Shown: positions 8,866 through 17,726 of the stretch, piece by piece
Position numbering within the stretch: the first letter of the stretch is position 1
Layout: each line of letters opens with the position of its first letter
Source of the DNA: Bacteroidota bacterium
GTDB taxonomy: Bacteria; Bacteroidota; Bacteroidia; Bacteroidales; GCA-2748055
DNA: 64,000 bases
Direction: 5' to 3'
NCBI GenBank assembly: GCA_024640885.1
Contig: JAHEEC010000009.1
Location: forward strand, 2,773-66,772
Made by a program: the position numbers and the translations under genes
Notes under the pieces: generated by a model
What the model was told of the DNA's origin: nothing
Database searches by the model: none
Seen by the model: the letters and a program-made list of their open reading frames with translations, nothing else

Positions 8866-9255
8866 ATGAAAGGGAAAAAGCAAATATCACTGCTGCTTGC
8901 GATCTGTTTCTCAGTTTACCTGGGCCACAACCTGATCCCACACCATCACCACACCGAAACAATAAACCAGGCTGGTGCCAGTGACTGTCCCGTACACCAC
9001 GAGGACCATCATGATCCGGGGGGCCATCCCATGCACTGCCATGCCTTCAACAGTGTGGATATGCTCAAATACAGCACATATGAAGTGAATGAGCCAATTC
9101 AGGAGGTTGATCAACTGACCGCGCTGTTCACGGATCTGTCGCTGGAAAAACCGGCAGATCTGAAGGTCCGGCTTTATACCTCCCGGAAAATCCCGGATCC
9201 AACGGCGGAGTACCCTGGCGGTAACTCCCTGAGGGCACCTCCCGTTTCCGTATAA
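8866..9255 (+). CDS. Small His-rich membrane-anchored protein preceding RND operon (HYC_CC_PP-like architecture)
   Basis: 129 aa. An N-terminal hydrophobic helix ISLLLAICFSVYLGHNL is followed by IPHHHH, CPVHHEDHHDPGGHPMHCHAF and a C-terminal LRAPPVS. It lies 76 nt upstream of the MFP-RND-OMF genes, on the same strand. Confidence 0.6.
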   Translation: MKGKKQISLLLAICFSVYLGHNLIPHHHHTETINQAGASDCPVHHEDHHDPGGHPMHCHAFNSVDMLKYSTYEVNEPIQEVDQLTALFTDLSLEKPADLKVRLYTSRKIPDPTAEYPGGNSLRAPPVSV

Positions 9256-9331
9256 TCCTTCCCATTTCAACATTTTGCATAAATATCCGCATACCGGCCG
9301 TATGCTTACTTATTATTAAAATTTCGAGATC

Positions 9332-10837
9332 ATGTATAAAATAGGAATACTCATATTCCTGGTAACCGCATTCGCATGCGGGCACAGCTCCGAAGAAGCG
9401 GACCTCCACCAGGATGACCTGCATTTGCACGGTGAAGAATCGTCCCGGGCCACGCTCTTTGCCGGAAATACAGAATTCTATGTTGAACATGCCCCGCTGG
9501 AAACCGGGGAAGAATCAGCGTTCCTGGTTCATTTGACAAACCTGAAATCCTACAAGCCTTACCTGTCTGGGACCGTCTCCATCCAGCTGGATGGGGTTAC
9601 TGCATCATCGGATCTCCCCGTCAGTCCGGGGATTTTTGAGATTCCCTTTGTGCCGGCCAGGGGCGGTGAATTTGAGATTTCCTATACATTCACTTCGGAG
9701 GGCTCCGCCACAACAGTATCGGATCATGTCCTGGTCCTGCAGGAGCAACCCGGGTCGCCGGAGCAAGCAGGCGATTCACATGCCGGCCTCAACGAAGTTG
9801 AGCCAGGTGAGATCACATTCACCAAGGAGCAGGCATGGAAAAGCCCCTTCATGGTGGAACGCATTGAACCTGTTCCATTCTACGCGGTCCTCCCTACCAG
9901 TGGAGAGATCCTTGCCGTGCCAGGAGAGAAAAAAAGTGTGGCTGCCAGTGGCCGGGGCATCGTTCACTTTTTAAACACAGATCTGGTGCAGGGCTCGCCG
10001 GTAACCAGGGGTCAGGTACTCTTCACACTCCAGAGTGAAACAATGATCGAAAACAACGTGGAACTTCAATACCGGGAATCTCTGAACAACTATGAAAAGA
10101 GCCGGAGTGATTATGAGAGGCATGCCCTCCTCTTCGCACAGGGGGTCATTTCGGAGCGCCAGTTCATCGAGACCAGAGCCAGGTTCACTTCCGACAGCCT
10201 GCGCTTCTCAAGCCTGGCTGCCAACACATCGGGCAGTGGTCTGAATGTCTATGCTCCTGTTTCGGGGACCATCCATGAGCTTAATGTATCGGAGGGAGGC
10301 TATATTGAAACCGGGGAGCTCATGGTCACCATTTCTGCCAACCGGAAACTCCTGATCCGGGCCGATCTTTCCCAACAGTTCTACGGTCAGATCGGAATGA
10401 TAGAATCTGCCAATTTCCGGCCAGCATATACAGACAGGGTTTACTCCATAGAAGAGGTGAACGGCAGGTTGCTGGCCGCAGGGTCCTCCGTGGCAGAAAA
10501 CGATCACTATTTGCCGGTGATCTTTGAAGTTGAAAATGATGGAAGTTTGCTTGAAGGAGCCTTCACAGAGGTTTTCCTGAAGACATCCCCCAAACAAGAT
10601 GTGATCGTCTTACCCTATGAGGCGGTATCAGAAGAGCAGGGGGGACACTTTGTGTATGTCCAGGTGACCGGAGAGAGTTTCACAAAAAGGGCGGTGACCC
10701 CTGGCAATAGTGATGGCAGGCTGGTGGAGATCGCCCTGGGGCTGGAGCCGGGAGAAAGGGTGGTTACCCGCGGTGTGATGCTTCTCAAGGCATCCTCCAT
10801 GGTTACAACCGTGGCAGGTGATGGTCACAATCATTAA
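9332..10837 (+). CDS. Efflux RND periplasmic adaptor (MFP) lipoprotein with N-terminal extra domain
   Basis: 501 aa with lipobox LVTAFA|C. The N-terminal ~170 aa is a beta-rich extension. It is followed by a typical MFP hairpin/barrel region (VLPTSGEILAVPGEKKSVAASGRGIV..., ERQFIETRARF, VYAPVSGTIHELNVSEGGYIETGELMVTI, VLPYEAV, FVYVQ). Confidence 0.85.
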   Translation: MYKIGILIFLVTAFACGHSSEEADLHQDDLHLHGEESSRATLFAGNTEFYVEHAPLETGEESAFLVHLTNLKSYKPYLSGTVSIQLDGVTASSDLPVSPGIFEIPFVPARGGEFEISYTFTSEGSATTVSDHVLVLQEQPGSPEQAGDSHAGLNEVEPGEITFTKEQAWKSPFMVERIEPVPFYAVLPTSGEILAVPGEKKSVAASGRGIVHFLNTDLVQGSPVTRGQVLFTLQSETMIENNVELQYRESLNNYEKSRSDYERHALLFAQGVISERQFIETRARFTSDSLRFSSLAANTSGSGLNVYAPVSGTIHELNVSEGGYIETGELMVTISANRKLLIRADLSQQFYGQIGMIESANFRPAYTDRVYSIEEVNGRLLAAGSSVAENDHYLPVIFEVENDGSLLEGAFTEVFLKTSPKQDVIVLPYEAVSEEQGGHFVYVQVTGESFTKRAVTPGNSDGRLVEIALGLEPGERVVTRGVMLLKASSMVTTVAGDGHNH

Positions 10838-10848
10838 ATCCGGGAATC

Positions 10849-13800
10849 ATGCTCAACAGAATCATACAATATTCCCTGAATAACAGGATGCTGATCGTCT
10901 TTCTTTCCATCATGCTTCTTGCAGGCGGATTAATTACGGTTAGAGAAATGGAAATCGATGTATTTCCCGACCTCACCGCCCCCACGGTAGTGGTGCTTAC
11001 CGATGCCCATGGCATGGCGGCTGAGGAGGTGGAGACCCTGGTCACCTTTCCCATCGAGTCCTCACTCAACGGGGCCACCGATGTGAGGAGGGTTCGTTCA
11101 AGCTCATCCTATGGATTTTCCATTGTGTGGGTTGAATTCAAATGGAACACCGATATTTACAGGGCCAGGCAGATTGTGAGTGAAAAGCTTCCGACCATCG
11201 CTGCACTTCTTCCCAAGGAGATTGAAACACCCATCCTGGCTCCCCAGACCTCTGTCATGGGCGAGATCATGCTGGTCTCCCTCACCTCGGATTCGCTTAC
11301 CATGTTTGACCTGAGAACCATTGCAGACAAGCAGGTGAGGCAGCGCCTCCTGTCGGTCACCGGTGTTGCCCAGGTGGTGGTCATGGGGGGGTTGCCCAAA
11401 CAGTACCAGATCCTGGCTGATCCCCGGAAAATGAAATATCATGATGTATCCCTCAGGGAACTGACCGGTGCCGCAGAAAATACCAACAGCAATGCCTCGG
11501 GTGGATTTATAAACCAGCATGGCCAGGAATACATTGTCAGGGCCACCGGCCGTTCCAGGGATCCCCGGGAGATTGGAACATCCGTGATCAAGATCAGGAA
11601 TGAAAATCCTGTAAAGATCCTGGATGTGGCAGAGGTGAAGATCGGACATCCCGATAAGATCGGGGATGCCTTCCTCAACCGCTCGCCCGCTGTGATCATG
11701 ACCATTTTGAAACAACCCAATATCAATACCCTCGTATTGACCGAGGAGGTGGAGAAGGCCCTCGATGCCCTGGGCACCTCACTCCCTGAGGGGGTGGAGA
11801 TCAATTCCGGGATATTCAGGCAGGCCGATTTCATCAATACGGCAGTGAGCAACGTATTCCGGGTTCTTTTAGAAGGAGGTGTGTTTGTCACGATCATTCT
11901 GTTCCTTTTTCTCCTTAACGTAAGGACCACCCTGATCTCGCTTGTGGCCATCCCCCTCTCACTATTGCTTTCCATTATCACCCTGAGGTTGCTGGGACTC
12001 ACAATCAACACCATGTCCCTGGGTGGCATGGCCATTGCCATTGGAGCCCTGGTGGATGATGCGATCATCGATGTGGAGAATGTATTGAAACGGCTGAAAC
12101 AGAATTACAGAAAGCCGAAAGAGGATCAGGAGGGTACCCTGCAGGTAATTTACAAAGCCTCGGTGGAAATCAGGTCATCCATTGTCCAGGCCACGCTGAT
12201 CATCATCGTGGCCTTCATCCCCCTTTTCTTCCTGGCAGGAATGGAAGGCCGCATGCTGAAACCACTGGGGATCACTTTTATTGTTTCCCTGATAGCCTCC
12301 CTGCTGGTGGCGCTCACCCTGACCCCGGTTCTTTCCAGCTATATGCTTACCACCCCGAAACAACTTTCCCGGGATGAAAGGGGGGGCAATATTTTCGTCC
12401 AGAAACTGAATACCTGGTATGGGAAAGCCCTGGGTACATTCCTGAAATTCAGGCATATGGTAATTATCACATCCTCCGGGTTGCTGGTGCTTGCCATCTT
12501 CATGTTCTTCAGATTCGGGAGCTCTTTTTTACCTGAATTCAACGAGGGTACACTCACCATCACAGCCATTACCCTGCCTGGGATATCGCTGGAGGAGAGC
12601 AACCGGATCATGGACCGGATCGATGCTGAACTCCTGGAGATCGCTGAGATAAAATATGTGAGCCGACGTACCGGCAGGGCCGAACTGAATGAACACAGCC
12701 ACGGAGGATCAAATTCTTCAGAGATCGATGCACCTTACCTGCTCTCCGAAAGGAATTACGAAGTGTTTATGGATGAAGTGAGGGACAGGCTCACAGGAAT
12801 TCCCGGTATCAACCTGAATATCGGTCAGCCACTTGGTCACCGAATCGACCATATGCTGTCCGGTACAAGGGCCAGCATTGCCATTAAACTTTTCGGAAAA
12901 GACCTTGGGACCATGTACAGGGTGGCAAACGAAGTGAAAGAGACCATTTCCGGAATCCCCGGATTGGTAGACCTGAATGTGGAGCAGCTGGTTGAGATTC
13001 CGCAGCTTCAGATAAGGCCCAGGAGGGAAATGCTGGCCAGATATGGGATCCCTCAAAATGATCTGACGCGTTTCGTGGAAACCGCCATCGCAGGGGAAAA
13101 GGTGGCTGAAGTATACGACGACAACCTGAACTTTGACCTTATTGTCAGGTACGACGAGCGGTTTCGCAACAGCATGGAATCCATTGAAAATAGCCTTATG
13201 GATACACATGAGGGGTATAAGGTCCCCCTGATGTATGTGGCCGACGTGGTCTCCACCAGCGGTCCGAACACCATTAACCGTGAGAATGTGCAGCGTAAAC
13301 TGGTGATCTCTGCCAATACAGCCGGCCGCGACCTGGGAAGTGTGGTTTCTGAAATTCGTGAGGCCATTGGCAATGGGGTCTCTCTCCCCAATGGATACAG
13401 GATCGAATACGGTGGCCAGTTCGAAAGTGCAAAAAATGCCACTACGACCCTGCTCATCACTTCGCTTCTCGCCATTCTTGTGATTTTTGTGATCCTGTTC
13501 CAGGAATTCAGGAGCGGAAAGCTGGCTGGGGTCATCCTGCTAAACCTTCCGTTGGCTTTAATCGGTGGTGTGGTGGCCATCAAACTGACATCCGGGGTCA
13601 TCAGCATCCCTTCGATCATCGGGTTTATCACACTTTTTGGGATAGCCACCAGGAATGGGATTCTCCTGGTATCCAGGTACAGCCATCTGCGCAGTGAGGG
13701 ATGGGGATTGCGGGAAACCATTCTCCAGGGATCGGTGGACAGGCTCAATCCGATCCTGATGACCGCACTGGCCTCAGCGCTGGCGCTGATCCCCCTGGCC

Positions 13801-13935
13801 ATGGGAGGAGATAAGCCGGGGAACGAGATACAGAGCCCCATGGCTGTAGTCATCCTCGGGGGTCTGGTCACCTCCACCCTTCTTAACCTGATCGTCATCC
13901 CTTCCGTCTATTATATACTTGAAAAGAGAAAATGA
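10849..13935 (+). CDS. CusA/CzcA-family heavy-metal efflux RND transporter (system 1)
   Basis: 1028 aa with canonical HME-RND organisation (12 TM segments and two large periplasmic loops). The TM4 signature AIGALVDDAIIDVEN (about 12021-12082) resembles the E. coli CusA type AVGAMVDAAIVMIEN rather than the Czc-type DFG..DGA..VEN. Confidence 0.95.
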   Translation: MLNRIIQYSLNNRMLIVFLSIMLLAGGLITVREMEIDVFPDLTAPTVVVLTDAHGMAAEEVETLVTFPIESSLNGATDVRRVRSSSSYGFSIVWVEFKWNTDIYRARQIVSEKLPTIAALLPKEIETPILAPQTSVMGEIMLVSLTSDSLTMFDLRTIADKQVRQRLLSVTGVAQVVVMGGLPKQYQILADPRKMKYHDVSLRELTGAAENTNSNASGGFINQHGQEYIVRATGRSRDPREIGTSVIKIRNENPVKILDVAEVKIGHPDKIGDAFLNRSPAVIMTILKQPNINTLVLTEEVEKALDALGTSLPEGVEINSGIFRQADFINTAVSNVFRVLLEGGVFVTIILFLFLLNVRTTLISLVAIPLSLLLSIITLRLLGLTINTMSLGGMAIAIGALVDDAIIDVENVLKRLKQNYRKPKEDQEGTLQVIYKASVEIRSSIVQATLIIIVAFIPLFFLAGMEGRMLKPLGITFIVSLIASLLVALTLTPVLSSYMLTTPKQLSRDERGGNIFVQKLNTWYGKALGTFLKFRHMVIITSSGLLVLAIFMFFRFGSSFLPEFNEGTLTITAITLPGISLEESNRIMDRIDAELLEIAEIKYVSRRTGRAELNEHSHGGSNSSEIDAPYLLSERNYEVFMDEVRDRLTGIPGINLNIGQPLGHRIDHMLSGTRASIAIKLFGKDLGTMYRVANEVKETISGIPGLVDLNVEQLVEIPQLQIRPRREMLARYGIPQNDLTRFVETAIAGEKVAEVYDDNLNFDLIVRYDERFRNSMESIENSLMDTHEGYKVPLMYVADVVSTSGPNTINRENVQRKLVISANTAGRDLGSVVSEIREAIGNGVSLPNGYRIEYGGQFESAKNATTTLLITSLLAILVIFVILFQEFRSGKLAGVILLNLPLALIGGVVAIKLTSGVISIPSIIGFITLFGIATRNGILLVSRYSHLRSEGWGLRETILQGSVDRLNPILMTALASALALIPLAMGGDKPGNEIQSPMAVVILGGLVTSTLLNLIVIPSVYYILEKRK

Positions 13936-15116
13936 TGAATGCACGAAATATAGTTTCCCTGTTCTTTGGCTTCGGCACATTCATATGCGCTGCCGGACAG
14001 CTCCCGGCCCCCGATACTTTGTTCAGCAAAGTGCTGGAGAATAACAAATCCCTTAGGGTTGCCAGGGAAGCATACCAGGTAAGTATACTGGAAGCGGGAA
14101 CCGGCAATACGCCTGCGGATCCCCTAGTGGAAATCGGTTACCTCTATGGCAAGCCTTCCGACTTGGGGAACCGGTTGGATATACGGGTGAACCAGCAGGT
14201 GGATTTTCCCACCACCTACATCCACAGATCCAATGTCAGGAAGATAAGGAACACCAAGGCGGAGCTTGAGTATGCCATTGCCCGGCAGGAGATTTTGCTT
14301 CGGGCCAAACAGCTGTGGATTGAACGGATCCATCTGAACCAGCAGGAGAAGATGCTCCTGACAAGGCTCCAGCAGGCAGAGATCATTCACGAGCACTTCA
14401 AGAAAAAGCTTGCTGCAGGAGAGGTGGACCTCCTGACCTTCAACCAGTCGACCCTCCAGCTGGCTGCCACCGAAAGTGAGTATGACCGGGTGCTTTCAGA
14501 GGTAAGAGGCAACCAGCTGGCCCTGGATGAGATCTCAGGAGGCTCAGGGGTGGAAATCGGGGATACCCTGTTTCCCGCCCCGGTCACGATTATCCCTGAT
14601 TCCCTGCTCCGGGATTACATGCAGGAGCCCGCATTACAACTGCATACCCGTGAACTTCAATTGAAAGAGGAGCAAAAAAGCCTGACGGTCAGCCAGCACC
14701 TGCCAAAAATTTCAGCCGGGTACTATTCCGAATCTGTCCTGGACCAGCAGTTCAAAGGTTTTCAGGTGGGCATTACCGTGCCCCTCTGGGAAAATGCCAA
14801 CCGCATTAAAATGGCGAAATCAGAAGTGGCCTTTGCCGAAGCAGACGCCAACCGGTATACCTACCTGCAGGGGAAGGAAATCAGGAAAAAGCTGGATCAG
14901 CTGGAGAGCTTGAAATCCAGGGCCCTGAAACTGGAAGAAGCGCTCGGGGAAGGGAACAGTGCCGGTTTACTGGCTCTGGCACTAAGGGGCGGAGAGATCT
15001 CCCTGACAGAGTATTTCTATGCCTCCGATCTCTATTTTCGGAACGAACAGCTGCTGCTTGATTACAAAAGGGACCAGTTGCTGATGGAAGCGGAGTTGTT
15101 GAAGCTCTATCTTTAG
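13932..15116 (+). CDS. TolC-family outer membrane efflux protein
   Basis: 394 aa. It overlaps the RND stop by 4 nt (ATGA). It has a signal peptide and two OEP-like coiled repeats (SLRVAREAYQVSILEAGTG...; EVAFAEADANRYTY...). Confidence 0.85.
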   Translation: MMNARNIVSLFFGFGTFICAAGQLPAPDTLFSKVLENNKSLRVAREAYQVSILEAGTGNTPADPLVEIGYLYGKPSDLGNRLDIRVNQQVDFPTTYIHRSNVRKIRNTKAELEYAIARQEILLRAKQLWIERIHLNQQEKMLLTRLQQAEIIHEHFKKKLAAGEVDLLTFNQSTLQLAATESEYDRVLSEVRGNQLALDEISGGSGVEIGDTLFPAPVTIIPDSLLRDYMQEPALQLHTRELQLKEEQKSLTVSQHLPKISAGYYSESVLDQQFKGFQVGITVPLWENANRIKMAKSEVAFAEADANRYTYLQGKEIRKKLDQLESLKSRALKLEEALGEGNSAGLLALALRGGEISLTEYFYASDLYFRNEQLLLDYKRDQLLMEAELLKLYL

Positions 15117-15126
15117 GAGGCGGTCC

Positions 15127-15972
15127 TTAGGAGATCTCCTCAATACACAGGCTGGTGATCAATTCGGAGGAAGATATTCCCCGGAAGGTGCCAGTGACGG
15201 GCATGGTATGCTCATAAGAGGTGCTGGCGGCAACAGGAATATGTGTGTTACCCGCCAACAGGCCATTGGTGGGATCGAATCCGATCCAGCCAGCCCCCGG
15301 CAGATAAGCTTCAAGCCAGGCGTGCAATTCATATTCCGGAGTCTCCTTGGGGATGTAATAATACCCGCTCACAAATCTCGTCGCGATACCATAATGCCTT
15401 AAAATCTGGATCTCCATCCATGCCAGATCCCTGCAGGAGCCCTTTTTCTGCTCAAAGGTAATTTGGGGATGATTGGGGACACCCTCCATCCGCGTTACAA
15501 CCTCAAAATCTGTATGTATTTGCCTGGTAAGGTTCGTAATGAAGGGTGCTGTTTTAGATTGGGATTCCTTCAGCAGGATATCCCCAAAATCAATGATGAA
15601 TTGTGAAATTACTTCCGTTTTAAGATTGGGCCGCACCATGGGCGCTATGGAATCCGGATATATAAACGGGATCTCTTCATAATCCAACGGATATATGAGG
15701 AAATTGAAGGGGTTCACTTCCCTGGTATTAATGATGGAGGAGGCCTCTATATTCAACCTGTCTGTCATCTGGTCGAACCAGGCAAACTGAACCAGGTTAT
15801 TCTCCTGGTCTTTAATTTCCTTGATCCCAGCAGGGGCCGGGAACACCTTAAGATCATATGATTCCACCCCAATATATGAAGTACTGGCTGGTCTGAATCT
15901 CAGATAATGAGGTTCAAGAAAGATTTCCGTCCCAAACCGGTACCCGGTTTTGTGTGCAATCCTCAACCTCAT
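15127..15972 (-). CDS. Transglutaminase-family protein (Bact_transglu_N + transglutaminase core)
   Basis: 281 aa. The N-terminus MRLRIAHKTGYRFGTEIFLEPHYLRFRP is the typical bacterial TGase N-domain. The catalytic core has GSCRDLAWMEIQILRHYGIATRFVSGY (Cys), HAWLEAYLPGAGWIGFDPTN (His/Asp). Confidence 0.9.
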   Translation of the reverse strand: MRLRIAHKTGYRFGTEIFLEPHYLRFRPASTSYIGVESYDLKVFPAPAGIKEIKDQENNLVQFAWFDQMTDRLNIEASSIINTREVNPFNFLIYPLDYEEIPFIYPDSIAPMVRPNLKTEVISQFIIDFGDILLKESQSKTAPFITNLTRQIHTDFEVVTRMEGVPNHPQITFEQKKGSCRDLAWMEIQILRHYGIATRFVSGYYYIPKETPEYELHAWLEAYLPGAGWIGFDPTNGLLAGNTHIPVAASTSYEHTMPVTGTFRGISSSELITSLCIEEIS

Positions 15973-15978
15973 GCTGCT

Positions 15979-16743
15979 TTATTCATAGACTGTGTCTTCA
16001 TCAAGGGTCACTTCGTGCTCTTCAGCCCTTGAGAACAACTTCTCCATCCAGGCCTCAGGCAAATCATCAATTGACTTATTCAACAAATTATTCCAGAGTT
16101 TGGACAACTTCTGGAGCTCTTCTTTTTTATATCTCTTCTCGATAATTTCGTAGGAATCTTTCGGATAGTAGACCACATCAATTGGATAATCCACATCATT
16201 TGCACTGATGCGGGTCGCATCAAAGGAAAGGAATCCGGCCTTCAATGCAAACTCCATCGTGGAGGTGTATCGAACCGACCTGTCAAGGATAGGCTTCCCA
16301 TACCCGTTATTGCCGATAATGACAAAAGGTGAACCTTCTGAAATCTCCACCCAGTTGCCTTCGGGATACAAAAGATAGATCTTATGTTCCTCATCGTCCT
16401 GCAGCTGTCCTCCCACGATGGCAAAAAGGTTAAAACTGAGCCCTGCCTCTTTTAAAGAGGACTTGTCTTCGCTGGCAGCCCGTTTCACCTGGTTTGAAAA
16501 AGCATTGACCGCTTTATACAGTTTGTTGAACGATTCATCGTCCTGATCAATAATTTCACGGAAATAGGTGAGCGCCTTGTCCCTCACCGAGCGCAAACCG
16601 GAAGTCATAATGAAAAAGGAGTGGTTCTGCTTATTTACAGTGAATACCTTTTTCGCCCTTGTGGTTTCACTGCCAGAGGTAATCCTGGTGTCAGAAATTC
16701 CTACAATTCCTGATTTTACTTTGATCCCTAAACAATACGTCAT
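15979..16743 (-). CDS. Proteasome-type (Ntn, T1) peptidase, Anbu-like
   Basis: 254 aa beginning M-TYCLGIKVKSGIVGISDTRITSG. Thr is directly after Met, with no propeptide, and Asp is at mature position 17. The size and operon partners (ATP-grasp, alpha-E, TGase) match the described Anbu operon. Confidence 0.8.
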   Translation of the reverse strand: MTYCLGIKVKSGIVGISDTRITSGSETTRAKKVFTVNKQNHSFFIMTSGLRSVRDKALTYFREIIDQDDESFNKLYKAVNAFSNQVKRAASEDKSSLKEAGLSFNLFAIVGGQLQDDEEHKIYLLYPEGNWVEISEGSPFVIIGNNGYGKPILDRSVRYTSTMEFALKAGFLSFDATRISANDVDYPIDVVYYPKDSYEIIEKRYKKEELQKLSKLWNNLLNKSIDDLPEAWMEKLFSRAEEHEVTLDEDTVYE

Positions 16744-16754
16744 GAAATACCAGA

Positions 16755-17726
16755 TTATATAGATAAGTTTCTTTTGGATAGATTTTCAATGGAAAAAAAG
16801 GTTTCGTGGACAGAAAGGGAAACCTCATTCAGTTTCTCCTGGAAGTTATCGAGGAATTCATGCAATCCTGAACTGAAAATTTCATCAATATCTGAATATT
16901 CAAGCCCGGATCTTAACATTCCCAATTGTTTTTGGGCCGAATTGGCACCTCCTCCCGCACTCCCTGCAATGATATTCAGTGATTGTTCCGCATGTATCAA
17001 ACAACTTAGCATGGCCCTGGGAAAAATCGTATCCAGCACCAGAAACTGCGAGATGCCCACAGGCGTAAGTTTTCCATTCTTTTTACGATACATATCATAG
17101 GCACTCACCGACTTCAGCAGTGCAGTCCACTGCAGCAAATCTATGGGTGATCCCACTGCCTCGGGATTTGGCAGAAGCATGTGGTATTTGACATCGAGAA
17201 CCCTGGAGGTTTTATCTGCACGTTCCATCAATTGTCCCATCTTTCCAAAATGCCACCCAAGGGTCCTGGAAATCGTGGCATCAAGAATTCCGTAAAGCAG
17301 CTGGCAACCCTTTTTTATCTCTGTAAAGAAACTCCTTGGATCCTTTTTTTTCCACAGTTCCCTTTCATGCCCGGTCTTGACCAGCAAATACATGGAGTTT
17401 AACTGCTCCCATACTTCCCTGGTTATTTCGGATCTGACGGTCCGTGCATTTTCCCGTGCCTTGATCAGGGAGTTGTATATTGAATTGGGATTATTGAGAT
17501 CAAACCCAAGAAAATAGACGACCTTTTTCTTTTCCGCTTTGCCATAGAGCGATTCATAGAGTTTCCAATCTCCGGTGGTTACCACCAGCGGCCTCCATTG
17601 TTCGGAAAGTTCAGGCGGCAACTCCAGGGATAAATTAAAGTTTACATCCAAAAACCTGGCATAATTTTCTGTCCGTTCCACATACCTGTTCATCCAGTAT
17701 ATGGCATCTGCAACCCTACTGAGCAT
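16755..17726 (-). CDS. Alpha-E domain protein
   Basis: 323 aa. MLSRVADAIYWMNRYVERTENYARFLDV is the hallmark N-terminus of alpha-E (DUF403) proteins. It overlaps the upstream ATP-grasp gene by 11 nt. Confidence 0.85.
   Translation of the reverse strand: MLSRVADAIYWMNRYVERTENYARFLDVNFNLSLELPPELSEQWRPLVVTTGDWKLYESLYGKAEKKKVVYFLGFDLNNPNSIYNSLIKARENARTVRSEITREVWEQLNSMYLLVKTGHERELWKKKDPRSFFTEIKKGCQLLYGILDATISRTLGWHFGKMGQLMERADKTSRVLDVKYHMLLPNPEAVGSPIDLLQWTALLKSVSAYDMYRKKNGKLTPVGISQFLVLDTIFPRAMLSCLIHAEQSLNIIAGSAGGGANSAQKQLGMLRSGLEYSDIDEIFSSGLHEFLDNFQEKLNEVSLSVHETFFSIENLSKRNLSI

Noticed and set aside
11439-13898. Long antisense ORFs (209, 163 and 281 aa) inside RND gene 1.
   Set aside because: They are Ser/Arg/Met/Pro-rich, low-complexity translations opposite a canonical RND CDS. 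These are typical frame -1 shadows.
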